Below are positions 46,267 to 56,078 of a stretch of DNA of 64,000 nt, one piece after another (position 1 is the first letter of the stretch; each line of letters starts with the position of its first letter). The notes beneath the pieces were generated by a model. It was not told the origin of the DNA, made no database searches, and worked only from the letters and a program-made list of their open reading frames with translations. The translations under genes and the position numbers were made by a program. The stretch comes from Planctomycetota bacterium (GTDB lineage Bacteria; Planctomycetota; UBA8108; SXIK01): contig CBDCXR010000004.1 in the NCBI GenBank assembly GCA_965223845.1, positions 2,784,001 through 2,848,000 of the forward strand. Reading direction: 5' to 3'.

Positions 46267-48879
46267 ATGAATCACGCCCGCGTCGATCGACCTCTCGCGT
46301 CCCGTCTCCGCTCCCTCCGCCGCAGGCCGAATCAGCCGGCCGCACGTTCGTTCGTGTTCCCTGCCATCGCAATCGTCGCGCTGGCGATCGGGACGGGCGG
46401 CGGCGGGCTCGAGGCCGGGCAAGACATCTTGGGGCTGGGCGGCGGGGCGTCGTCGTCGAAGGTGAAATGGACGTTGTCGGTCGAGCCGACGACCGCGGCT
46501 CCGGGGGACGAGGTGACCGTGAAGGCGGCGTATGATGTCCAGGCGAACTGGTACCTCTATGCCCCAGATCACGATCCAGAGAAGGGGCCGGGTCGCCCCC
46601 TCAGCTTTGCGGCCGGGCACACGTCGTTGTCGCCCGTCGGGGCCGTCCGGTTCCCGAGTCCAGGCGTCAAGCGTCAGGAGGACCTCGGCTGGGAGTTTCG
46701 AATTCTCTCCGGCGAAGGCGCCCTCGAGCAGACGTTTCGCGTGAACTCAGATGCGAGCCCCGGGGACGTCGCGATCGCGGTCAAGATCGAAGGACAGGCC
46801 TGCGACCCATCTCTCTGTATCGACCAATCTTTCGCTGATTCGGTAACTCTTGCCATCGCGACGGCGTCGACGACTTCCGACTCGGCGGCAGCCAGCGTAG
46901 TAGGTACGACGGGCGGTGACGAGAACGAAGGCACGCCGCCCGGTACGCCATCCGTTCTCGAGAGCCCACAAGGCTTGTTCCGTGGAGCCGATTCCACCAA
47001 GTCGCGCGCCTCGTGGCGCTTCGAGGTCGAACCCGCGACGGTGAATCGCGGCGAGACAATTACGATCGCCGCGCACTACAAGCTCGACCACGGTTGGCAT
47101 ATCTACTCGCCGGACTACAAGGGAATCGGAATTCCGACGGCGATCGGTGTCGCGAGCGATCCCACACTCGCGCGCTTCGGTAAGCCCACGTTTCCGCCCC
47201 CGAAGCTCGGAATGATGGCCGGCATGACGGAGCCTCAGCGATGGCTCGAAGGCGAGGGAACGATCCGGCAACGATTTACGGTGCCGCCCGCCGCGAGTCC
47301 CGGCCCGCTCGAGCTTTCCGTGAAAGTCGATTTCCTGACCTGCACGGAAACCCAGTGCCTCCTTCCAGAGGCGGCGTCGGACAGGCTGTCGGTCACCGTA
47401 TCGGACGCACCGCCGGTGCGAGTTCGCGGACTTCCGGCCGGCGACGACCTCGGGCCGGAAGACGCGCCCGCTCCTCCGCGGGCCGAGCCAGACGATGACG
47501 CGGACGAGGTGCCTCTCGGCGATCAGCCGCTCTGGCCATTCATGCTCGTCATGATCGGCGGCGGGCTGTTTACGCTCGTCATGCCGTGCACGTACCCCAT
47601 GATCCCGATCACGATTTCGTACTTTACGAAGCAGGCGGAAGCGAGAAGCGGATCCGTGCTCCCGCTCGCGCTCACGTACGGCGCGGGCATCGTCGTGATC
47701 TTCAGCGTCATCGGAGTGGCATTCGGAGAATCGATCATTCCGTTTGCTCAGTCGTGGCAGCTCAATTTCCTCTTCTTCCTGCTCTTCGTCGTGTTCGCGC
47801 TCGCGCTCTTCGGCATGATCAATCTCCGCCTCCCGGCGTCGTTTTCTAAGCTTGCGGGTCAAGCGTCTCAAAGACAGGGATATCTCGGCGTTTTCATCCT
47901 CGGCACGCTCCTCGTCGTAACGTCGTTCACGTGTACCGCGCCGATTCTCGGTGGACTGCTCTTCGGTGCCGCGGCGGGAGACGTGTCGACGGGTAGACTC
48001 CTCATGGGAATGAGCGTTTTCGGCGGAACCGTTGCCGCTCCGTTCGTGCTCCTCGCACTCTTTCCCGGTCGCGTTCAGAACTTGCCGAAAGCGGGCGAGT
48101 GGATGAACGTTCTCAAAGTGTCGCTCGGCTTCATTGAGCTCGCCGCCGCCGTAAAGTTTCTGTCGACGGCAGACCTGGGCCTCAAGCTCGGCCTTCTCCC
48201 GCGCGAGCTCTTCCTCGTGATCTGGGCCGCGATCGCCGCGGTCCTCGGCTTCTACTTGCTCAATTTCTTCCGCATGAAGACCGACAAGACGGAGTCCATC
48301 GGAGCGATCCGCATGCTGTCGGGGCTCGCGGCGCTCACGCTCTGCTTTTACTTCCTCGTCTGGCCGGTCGCGGGATTCAAGTTCGGCTGGGTCATGGCTT
48401 CGATTCTGCCTCCCTATTCCGCCGAGAAGCGGATCGACCTCGGTGGTGATGCTCCCGCGCCTGCGGGTGTTGACGCCGCGGCGAAAGAAGGGACGCCGTG
48501 GCCGATCGTGAAGGACGACCTCGCCGCAGGGCTCGAGCTCGCGAAGACGCTGGGAAAACCTGCTCTCATCAATTTCACGGGGCACACATGAACGAACTGC
48601 CGACTGATGGAAGTTTCCGTCTTCACGAAACCTGAGATCACGGCGCTTCTCGCGCAGTACGTCGAGGTTCGTCTCCACGTCGACGACCCCGATTCACCGG
48701 AAAAGACGAAGCGGCACCTCGCCTACCGGAATCGACTCGTACAGTCCGTGGCGCTCCCGATCTACGCGATCGTCGAGCCCGACGAACCCGAGACGCTCCT
48801 CAAGCGGTTCGACGGCGCGGACATTTCGGGCAAACGGTTCGGCGCGTTTCTGGAGAACTACCTTCGGAAGCGTGGTTAG
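46267..48879 (+). CDS. dsbD: DsbD-family thiol:disulfide interchange protein, probable selenoprotein (UGA at 48589-48591)
   Basis: Two DsbD-N-like domains (CDPSLC, CTETQC); transmembrane domain (MPCTYPMIP, SFTCTAP, PKAGEWM); thioredoxin domain INFTGHT-TGA-TNCRLME continuing in frame to 48879. Confidence 0.85.
48606..48621 (+). promoter_or_regulatory. Candidate bacterial SECIS hairpin
   Basis: GATGGA-AGTT-TCCGTC: 6-bp stem with a GU-containing tetraloop 20 nt after the UGA. Confidence 0.6.
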
Positions 48880-49105
48880 GTGTGCGTTCGGCGGCGGCAG
48901 CTCGTCCCGCCGCGCGACCGGCGCCGGCCGCTCCGGTCTGCGCGCGGAGTCTCAGATTCCGGCCGCGTCACGCGGCCCACCCGTCCCCCAAAGCCCTTGC
49001 CCCCGGCTCCAGATCCCTTTAAGCTCGGAACTTAGGCTTTCTCCCCACTCCCACCAGCCTTCCGAGCGATTCCCCCCTTTCGGGTGGGGGCGAAGGAGAT
49101 CTCGT

Positions 49106-50665
49106 TTGGTTTCGAACCATTCCCCCGATCCCGCACCGCGCGGCGCTCGCCCCTCCGTGCCCAGGCCTCGGGTCGCCCGCTCCGCCGTTTCCGTCGCGGC
49201 AGCGCTTCTCCTCGCGGCGATCTTCGCCGGCGGACGAAACGAAGCGTCGGAGACGGCGCCGGCCGGTCATGTGCGCTGCACGGAGTGCGATTCGAAAGGC
49301 CGGGAGAAGTGTCCCGACTGCGCGGGAAAAGGGATGCTCGCCCGAACCTGTCCCGATTGCGGCGGATCCGGCGAGCGCTCCTGCGTCACCTGTTCGGAGG
49401 GTGAGAACGCCGCTGGCGCGGGTCGTGTGCACTGCTCCTACTGCGGAGGCTCGGGGACGACGGGCTCGGACGAGACGCGGGTCTGTCCTCGGTGTAAGGG
49501 GCAGCAGACTCTAGCCTGCCCGTCCTGTTTCGGTCGGGGTCACAAGAACTGCCGGAAGGTCATTCGCGACAAGGTCTGCCCGAGGTGCCGGTTCTCGGGG
49601 CGGATCACGTGCCGGACCTGCGAGGGGAAACGTTGGCTCAATCCAGCCGTGCTGCGGGCGCGGAAGGCGGCGCCGCTCAAGGCGACGAGTACCGCGACGC
49701 CGTCGAGCGCGACTACGCGCGGCGCTAGCGAGACGCTCGACGTCCGCCGAACGATCCGCGACGAATCGGACGATGCGAAGCCCGAGCTCGCTCCGATCCC
49801 CGAGCTCCGCACTCGGTTCGCGAAGCTCGCCCCACGGCTCGACTTGCATTTCGAGCTCTTCGCCAACGACCTCCGGCTCGACGCACGCGACTTCGCCGAT
49901 GATGCGCGCGTGCTCGAGCGCCAAGTTCGGCGCGAATCGTCCGTGGCCCTCGCGAAGATTTCCGAAGAGCTCGAATCCGTGATCGAGTCGTCGCAGCGAT
50001 TCGTTCGGCGGTGGAGCGAGCTGCAGCCCTTGTTCGTACGCGAGTACAAGGCGCACGAAAACGCGACCCGTACCTGGGAGACCTACGACAAGCGATCGCG
50101 CGGACTCACCGGATCCCGCCTCGCCCGCCTCGAGAAGGAATACCACGGGCGCCTGTCGACGACGACCCGCATCGCCGAGTCGCGCACGCGAGAGCTCAGC
50201 GAGAAGAATCCCGAGGGACTCCAAGCCGATTTGAAGGCGATGCGTCTCACCGTGGCCGAGCTCGCGAAGCGGTCGAAGCGCGAACTCAAACTCGCGGCGG
50301 CGGAACGGAAAGCGGCCGAGGCCGCCGCCGAGACCGACGCCCGATCGCGCGACCCCGCTCCCGACTCGGGATCAGCGAAGCGGCAGAACCGACGCTCGTC
50401 CGCCACCGGACGGTCGAACGGGACAAAGTCGCGCGCCGCGTGGATCACGTCGGCGAATCGGTCATCGCAGCGCGACGAAGACTCCGGCGCGCGGGCGGAA
50501 TCTCGCCGAGATCGCTCCGATCGAGCGGCGCCGAAACGCAAGGACGACGAAGCCGACGGCGGTGGAGGCTCGTTCGGCCCGGTAGTCGCGGCCGTCGTCG
50601 GCTTCCTCGTCGCGTGCGGAGTGTTCCTTCTTCGCGGGTTTTTCCGCGGGCGGTTGACGGGTTGA
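49106..50665 (+). CDS. Protein with DnaJ-type zinc-finger repeats, coiled coil and C-terminal TM helix
   Basis: TTG with AAGGAG RBS; N-terminal hydrophobic helix; nine CxxC(xGxG)-type repeats; C-terminal VVAAVVGFLVACGVFLL. Confidence 0.75.
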   Translation: MVSNHSPDPAPRGARPSVPRPRVARSAVSVAAALLLAAIFAGGRNEASETAPAGHVRCTECDSKGREKCPDCAGKGMLARTCPDCGGSGERSCVTCSEGENAAGAGRVHCSYCGGSGTTGSDETRVCPRCKGQQTLACPSCFGRGHKNCRKVIRDKVCPRCRFSGRITCRTCEGKRWLNPAVLRARKAAPLKATSTATPSSATTRGASETLDVRRTIRDESDDAKPELAPIPELRTRFAKLAPRLDLHFELFANDLRLDARDFADDARVLERQVRRESSVALAKISEELESVIESSQRFVRRWSELQPLFVREYKAHENATRTWETYDKRSRGLTGSRLARLEKEYHGRLSTTTRIAESRTRELSEKNPEGLQADLKAMRLTVAELAKRSKRELKLAAAERKAAEAAAETDARSRDPAPDSGSAKRQNRRSSATGRSNGTKSRAAWITSANRSSQRDEDSGARAESRRDRSDRAAPKRKDDEADGGGGSFGPVVAAVVGFLVACGVFLLRGFFRGRLTG

Positions 50666-50898
50666 GGCTAAGAACCGTCGCGTGAGTTCGCGCGGCAGGT
50701 GCGCTGCGGCCGACCCGCATCCTTCGCCAGAGCCTCCTTCGGGGCCGTGCGGCGGGTAGTGGACATCGGAAGCGTCGGCGCCCCGATCCTGGGCGTGGCG
50801 GGAACGCGCTTTCGGTTAGTGCGCGGCGAGTGTCTCGCGCGCTCTCGCCGATGCCCATGGCAGCGCTCCGCTCACCGGTGCGGACCGCGGGCTCACGA

Positions 50899-51477
50899 TC
50901 ACTCGTCCAGATAAATCTGCTTCAGCTTGACGAGTGCGCGGCGGCAGTGCATCTGCGCTGCTTCGGGCGTGCGGCCACCCAGTCGCTCCCCCACCTCCTT
51001 CCACGGCAGGCGGAGATAGTATCGGAGGATGATCACTTCGCGGTAGTCGCGAGAGAGCCCGTCCATCGCCGCTTCGAGTCGGCCGCGGTCCTCCATGTCG
51101 ACGACGCGACTCGCGGGCGACGGAGTCTCGCCCGGAACGTTGGCGCCTTCGAGCGCGACTTCGCGCCGCATGTCGCGTCTCTGCGCGCGAAAGAACTGCA
51201 GGCGACCGCGGATCTTGTGCTCGATGATCCCCATGAGCCAGCGGCGAAAGGACCCCTTCCCGCAGTAGGTGTACTTCGGGAGATCGCGGTAGGCCTCGTA
51301 GTACGCCGACTGCGCGAGGTCCAGCGTATCCAGTCGTCCGCGTAGAGCCGGTCCGAGTCGAAATCGCACGGCCTGGAGCACGTCGGGATACGACTTTTCG
51401 AAGAGAGCTTCGGCGGCGCGACGATCGCCGTCTTGGGCGCGGCGCACCAGCTCGCGTGTCGTCGGAGGTTCTAGCAT
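50899..51477 (-). CDS. ECF RNA polymerase sigma factor
   Basis: RAQDGDRRAAEALF, DLAQ, SFRRWL, TPSP, LSRDYREVIILR (regions 2 and 4). Confidence 0.9.
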   Translation of the reverse strand: MLEPPTTRELVRRAQDGDRRAAEALFEKSYPDVLQAVRFRLGPALRGRLDTLDLAQSAYYEAYRDLPKYTYCGKGSFRRWLMGIIEHKIRGRLQFFRAQRRDMRREVALEGANVPGETPSPASRVVDMEDRGRLEAAMDGLSRDYREVIILRYYLRLPWKEVGERLGGRTPEAAQMHCRRALVKLKQIYLDE

Positions 51478-52291
51478 CGATCGATCGTCTCTCGTCGTCG
51501 CATGTCTTCTCGCGCTCTAGGCCCGATTATAGAAACTTGCTCGGCGAGAGGACCAGATCGAACTCGGTGCGGAGCCGGTGCGCGGCTCTCCCGTCGCGGG
51601 CTAGCTCGACGGGACGCGCAGCGCCGAGGAGTGGCGTGTCGGCCGAGAGTACGGGGCAGCGGGGCCGGATGTTCGGTGGAATGACGCGGCGAGCCTCGAG
51701 GGACGCCGCGAACCGCACCGCGGGAACGCTGCACATCGATCCCGACCTTCGCCGGACGGGCCAGATTCGCCCGGATCACGGCACCGGCGGAGTTTCGAGT
51801 CGCGAAATCGACCAGTAAGATGGAAGCGTACGAAAACGGGCGGCGTTGGCATCGCATCCGCACGCCCCTCTCGCCTGAGGAGGGCGCCGCTCCGGCCCTA
51901 ACGACGGCCGTCGCGGCGCGGAAACGGGTGGAAGGGGGACGTCGGCGCGATGAGCCGTTCGAGTCGCGTCCGGGGTCGGCGCCTTCCGCTTCTCGCCATC
52001 CGGAGCCATCGGTCCGGGATCGGCGTGGCCCGAGCCTCGGATCCGGGGCGAGCGCGGCCTCGCGCGGGCGCCGCGGCGCTGCTGCCCTCCCCCCGAGACC
52101 GAGGATCGCCCCAGATCGAGGACTCCCTCCCGAGGCAGACATCATCGACATCGACGGCCAGTAGGGACGCATTCGTGGACGGCGAAGACCAGCGTTGGAC
52201 ACCGGCGATCGCCCGAGCGCACTCCGGCGACGCGCGACGCGCGCGTGCGGAGTCCGCGGGCTTGCCGTCGCGGCTGCGCGCGTGCGGTTCG

Positions 52292-55200
52292 GTGGGACGC
52301 GCGATCGCGGCGGACCGGCTCGCGCGAGTCAGTGTCGTCGCCCTCCTCCCGTTTCTCCTCGCCGGCTGCGGTCTCGGCGGACTGATCGCGGGCGCCGTCG
52401 GAATCATCGCCGAGTCGAGCGGCAGTTCCTCCGGGTCGTCCGGCCCTCCGTCCGCGGTCACTTTCGCTGTCGTTGCTCCGCGAGAGGAACTGCGCGCTTC
52501 CGGTCTCGCGGACGTCGTTCCGATCTGCGTCGGCACGAGCGGCCGAGTCGAGCTCGACGATCTCGTCGTCGAATTCACGCTCGAAACGGACGACTCGACG
52601 GGGAACGACGGCTGGCTTCGCGCGAGTCCCGCCCGACCGCCGGATCCGTCATCCTGCGCGGGACTCCAGTTCTGGTGGGACGCGAGCTCCGACCTCGACC
52701 TCGAGTCGCGCTCGGAACGAGTACGCGTCCGCGCGTCGCTCCGCGGCGACGTGGCGACCGCGGTCGAGACGGGGAGCTTCGTCGTCGGGAACACTCCCCC
52801 TGAGCTCTTCTTGGTGCCCGAGCCGCCCGGCAACTTCGGCACCGAGACGATCTCCTTCCGGGCGCGCGACGCGGAGAGCGACCCGCTCGTCGACTTCGCA
52901 GTCGACTACCGTCTGCCGGCGGACATCGCGGCGAGCTTCTGCGACGAGATCGACGAGGAGGGAAGCTGCTGGCTGCCCTACTGCTCGCCCGACCAGGACA
53001 CGAGCGGCGAGTGCGCGCCCTGCGACGGCGCCGATCCACTGCCGTCCCGGCTCCTCGTCGACTCCGACTCCTCGACGCGCAGCTCGCACCGCTGGCGGAC
53101 GGCCTGCGCGCGGGGAATCGGACGCCGCAACATCAGCGTCACGGTCCGAGTCCGCGCGCGCGACGAGTTCGGCACGGTCGTCGAGGATGCCCTCCCGCTT
53201 CGAATCGAGAACAACACCGCGCCTCGGGTCGACTTCATCGGGATTCCCGGCGAGCGCGACGCGAGCTTCGAGATTCCCATCTTCTTCGAAGCGTTCGAGG
53301 AAGACTGTGTCGATTTCCAAGAGGTCGGTTGCGAGGACTCCTTTCAGTCCGTCGACGTCATCGTCCAGTACGGTCTTCGCGGCGAGGCAGATGTTCCTCC
53401 TCTCGACGAACGCTTTTCCGACCCGCAGTTCCGCCGCCGCGCGCTCGGCGTCGAGCCGTCAACGGACGGCGGCGCTGCGCTCCGAGCAGAGTTTCAAATC
53501 GCGACTCCCGCCTCGAGCGCCGCGGACACGCGTGCGCCGATCGATCTCGCGGCATCTCCCGACGGCGTCGCGCACGTCTTTGTCTGGAACAGCGGCCGCG
53601 ATCTCGACCCTCTTTCGACGCGCGTCGCGCGCATCCGCCTGACGCCGTTCGACCAAGGGCAGGGCATTTCGAGCACGCGCGAGTTCACCGTCGACAACGA
53701 CGCGTTTCCGCGCCAGGAGGCGCTCCACCCCTTGCGCGGTGTGGTGAGTGGGGTCGCCAGCGGCGACATCAACGGGGACGGCCGCACCGACATCGTCTGC
53801 AGCTTTGCCGACGAGCGCCGGCTCGAACTCTACCTCCGCGACGGGGACGGCGCGCTCCCGGAGTCCCCCACCCAGGTCCTCCTCGACGGCCCCTCTGTGT
53901 TCACGGATGTCGTGATCGAAGACCTCGACGGGAACGGGCACGCCGACGTCGTTGCGCTCGGGCGCGAATGCGAACTCGTCGGCTGCGTCCGGCGCGGCGT
54001 CGTCTACGTCTTCTACGGCGATGCGGTCGGCGAGGAATCGCGGCTCAGCGGATCTCCGCTCGCCCTCGGCGCGGGTCGCGATCCGCGCTCGATCGCGACC
54101 GGCAACTTCGACGGCGAAAGCGACCGGGACATCGCGATCGCCGACCACGCCGGTCGGGCGATCGGTGTCCTTCTCGCGAGCGCGCCGCGTTCGTATTTTC
54201 CGCTCTCGACGGTCGTGCTCGGGCTCGAGCAGGACGATCGACCGGACGTCGTGGTCGCCGCCGACCTGGCCGGAGACGACCGCGACGAGATTCTCACTCA
54301 ACAGCGGAACCGATCGAGTGTCCCGATCCTCGCCTGGGAGAACGGAGAGCTCGCGCCCGTCACGACTCTCACCACCCTGAGCGTCGGCTCGCTCCTCGAG
54401 CTGCCGACCTCGCTGGCGGTCGCCGATCTGACGGGCGACGGCGCCGTCGATCTCGTCGTCGGAAGTGCACGGAACGCCGAAGCGCTCGTTTTGAGGAACA
54501 CGACGGGAACGGTGTCCGGAAACGAGCCGATTTCGTTCGCTCTCTGCGCGACGATCCCGCTCGGCACGACGCCCGAACGACTCGCCATGGTTCCGGCCGG
54601 AGGCGGAGCGAGGCCCGAGTTCGTCATCGGAGCGCTCGGGTACGAGCGCGGTGGCACGCTCGAGCTCGTTCACGTTCGCCCGGGCGCGGCGGCGCGTCTT
54701 CCGGGCGCCGATCTCGGCGCGACATCGGTCGACCCTTGCGCCGAGCTCTCCGTCCATTCGTTCAAGACGCTCCGCGTGCCGCAGCCAAACCCCGACGCGG
54801 AGATTCTCGGCGCACTCGCACTCGACGATTTCGACGACGACCGCGTGACCGATCTCCTCGTCGGCGGATCGAACGGCGCTCGCCGACTCGTCGGGGAGAC
54901 CGCCGGAAGCCTCACGCCGGAGCTCCTCCGGCGGTTCGACCAAGCATCGACCTACGACGCGACCTTCGCCGACTTCGGCTGCACGCTGATGCGCGGCGTC
55001 GCGACGCTCCGTCTCAGCACCACCCTGGGCGCGGACGGCGCTGCGACGCGGTATCAACTGCGTCTCTTTCTGCAGGACGCTCTCGTCGAATTCGGTCCGA
55101 CGCCCGACTGGGAGAGTCCCCTCCTGCCGCTCGCGCAAGCCGAAGCGCGCATCACCGGTCTCGCACTCTCGAACCCGTGCGATGCGACGATCGCCGTCAG

Positions 55201-56077
55201 CCGAGACGGAGGAGTCGATGTCCACCGAATCGACCTGAGGGAAAGCGAGATCGCGCCCTACCAACTCGACGATCCCGACTCGCCGACAGGCCCGATCGTT
55301 CTCGGATCGTTCTTCGGGAGCAGCGCGACCGGACTGGTTCGACTCGGCAGCAACGCACAGGGGGAAGGGCGACTGAGTTTCTTCCGCATCGACCTGCTGC
55401 CGCTCCGGCCCGCGCCTCCGGCGGCGATCCAGCCCGACGCCGTCCTTCCGACCGGCGACGTCTTTCCGTCGGGGCTCCTCGGCGCCGATCTCGATCGCGA
55501 CGGTTTCCCCGACCTCGTCGTCCTCCACAAAGACCTCCGCGCCGAGACCGAGCGCGTGCAGACGCGTCTGCAGCGAGTTCCCGAGCCTTGGCCGGACCGG
55601 CTCGCGGAAGTCGATCAGGAGTTCGATATCGGGTATCTCCTCGAGCGCGGGGATCACGTGCAGGTGGTCGACGTCGACGCGGACGGTAATCTCGACCTGG
55701 CGTTCGTGCTACGCTCGACGGGTCGGTTCGTCGCGTTTCGCGGACTCTCCGATCCCGCCGGGTCATTCGAGCCGTTCCCTGCGATCGAGACCTCGATCCC
55801 CCCGGCGTTTCACGGTGCCGTCCTCTCGGACACGACCGGAGACGGACGCCCGGATCTCGTCGTCTCGACGCGCCGCGCCGCCGCGGCCATCGTTCACGTT
55901 TTTCACCAACAGCCCGGCTCGACGTTCCCCGCCCTGCCGTCGCGCGCGATCGTCGTCGACGATTTCGGCTCCGGCTTCGTCGAGCTGCGCGCGACCGACT
56001 TGACGAGTGACGGGCGGGACGAGCTCGTCCTTTTCGGCCCCGAATCAAACGACACCTGGATCATCCGGACGCGCTGA
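52292..56077 (+). CDS. Large FG-GAP/VCBS repeat lipoprotein
   Basis: Lipobox LLAGC; many D(I/L)xGDGxxD repeats; Ig-like N-terminal segments (NTPP, NTAP). Start uncertain (ORF open from 51950). Confidence 0.8.
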   Translation: MGRAIAADRLARVSVVALLPFLLAGCGLGGLIAGAVGIIAESSGSSSGSSGPPSAVTFAVVAPREELRASGLADVVPICVGTSGRVELDDLVVEFTLETDDSTGNDGWLRASPARPPDPSSCAGLQFWWDASSDLDLESRSERVRVRASLRGDVATAVETGSFVVGNTPPELFLVPEPPGNFGTETISFRARDAESDPLVDFAVDYRLPADIAASFCDEIDEEGSCWLPYCSPDQDTSGECAPCDGADPLPSRLLVDSDSSTRSSHRWRTACARGIGRRNISVTVRVRARDEFGTVVEDALPLRIENNTAPRVDFIGIPGERDASFEIPIFFEAFEEDCVDFQEVGCEDSFQSVDVIVQYGLRGEADVPPLDERFSDPQFRRRALGVEPSTDGGAALRAEFQIATPASSAADTRAPIDLAASPDGVAHVFVWNSGRDLDPLSTRVARIRLTPFDQGQGISSTREFTVDNDAFPRQEALHPLRGVVSGVASGDINGDGRTDIVCSFADERRLELYLRDGDGALPESPTQVLLDGPSVFTDVVIEDLDGNGHADVVALGRECELVGCVRRGVVYVFYGDAVGEESRLSGSPLALGAGRDPRSIATGNFDGESDRDIAIADHAGRAIGVLLASAPRSYFPLSTVVLGLEQDDRPDVVVAADLAGDDRDEILTQQRNRSSVPILAWENGELAPVTTLTTLSVGSLLELPTSLAVADLTGDGAVDLVVGSARNAEALVLRNTTGTVSGNEPISFALCATIPLGTTPERLAMVPAGGGARPEFVIGALGYERGGTLELVHVRPGAAARLPGADLGATSVDPCAELSVHSFKTLRVPQPNPDAEILGALALDDFDDDRVTDLLVGGSNGARRLVGETAGSLTPELLRRFDQASTYDATFADFGCTLMRGVATLRLSTTLGADGAATRYQLRLFLQDALVEFGPTPDWESPLLPLAQAEARITGLALSNPCDATIAVSRDGGVDVHRIDLRESEIAPYQLDDPDSPTGPIVLGSFFGSSATGLVRLGSNAQGEGRLSFFRIDLLPLRPAPPAAIQPDAVLPTGDVFPSGLLGADLDRDGFPDLVVLHKDLRAETERVQTRLQRVPEPWPDRLAEVDQEFDIGYLLERGDHVQVVDVDADGNLDLAFVLRSTGRFVAFRGLSDPAGSFEPFPAIETSIPPAFHGAVLSDTTGDGRPDLVVSTRRAAAAIVHVFHQQPGSTFPALPSRAIVVDDFGSGFVELRATDLTSDGRDELVLFGPESNDTWIIRTR

Positions 56078-56078
56078 T

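Noticed and set aside
48589-48591. dsbD as a nonsense pseudogene
   Set aside because: The stop is specifically UGA at the redox Cys position and is followed by a SECIS-like hairpin; both halves look intact.
51847-51862. Sigma54-like TGGCATCGCATCCGCA
   Set aside because: The -12 element lacks the TT, and the downstream start is uncertain and distant.
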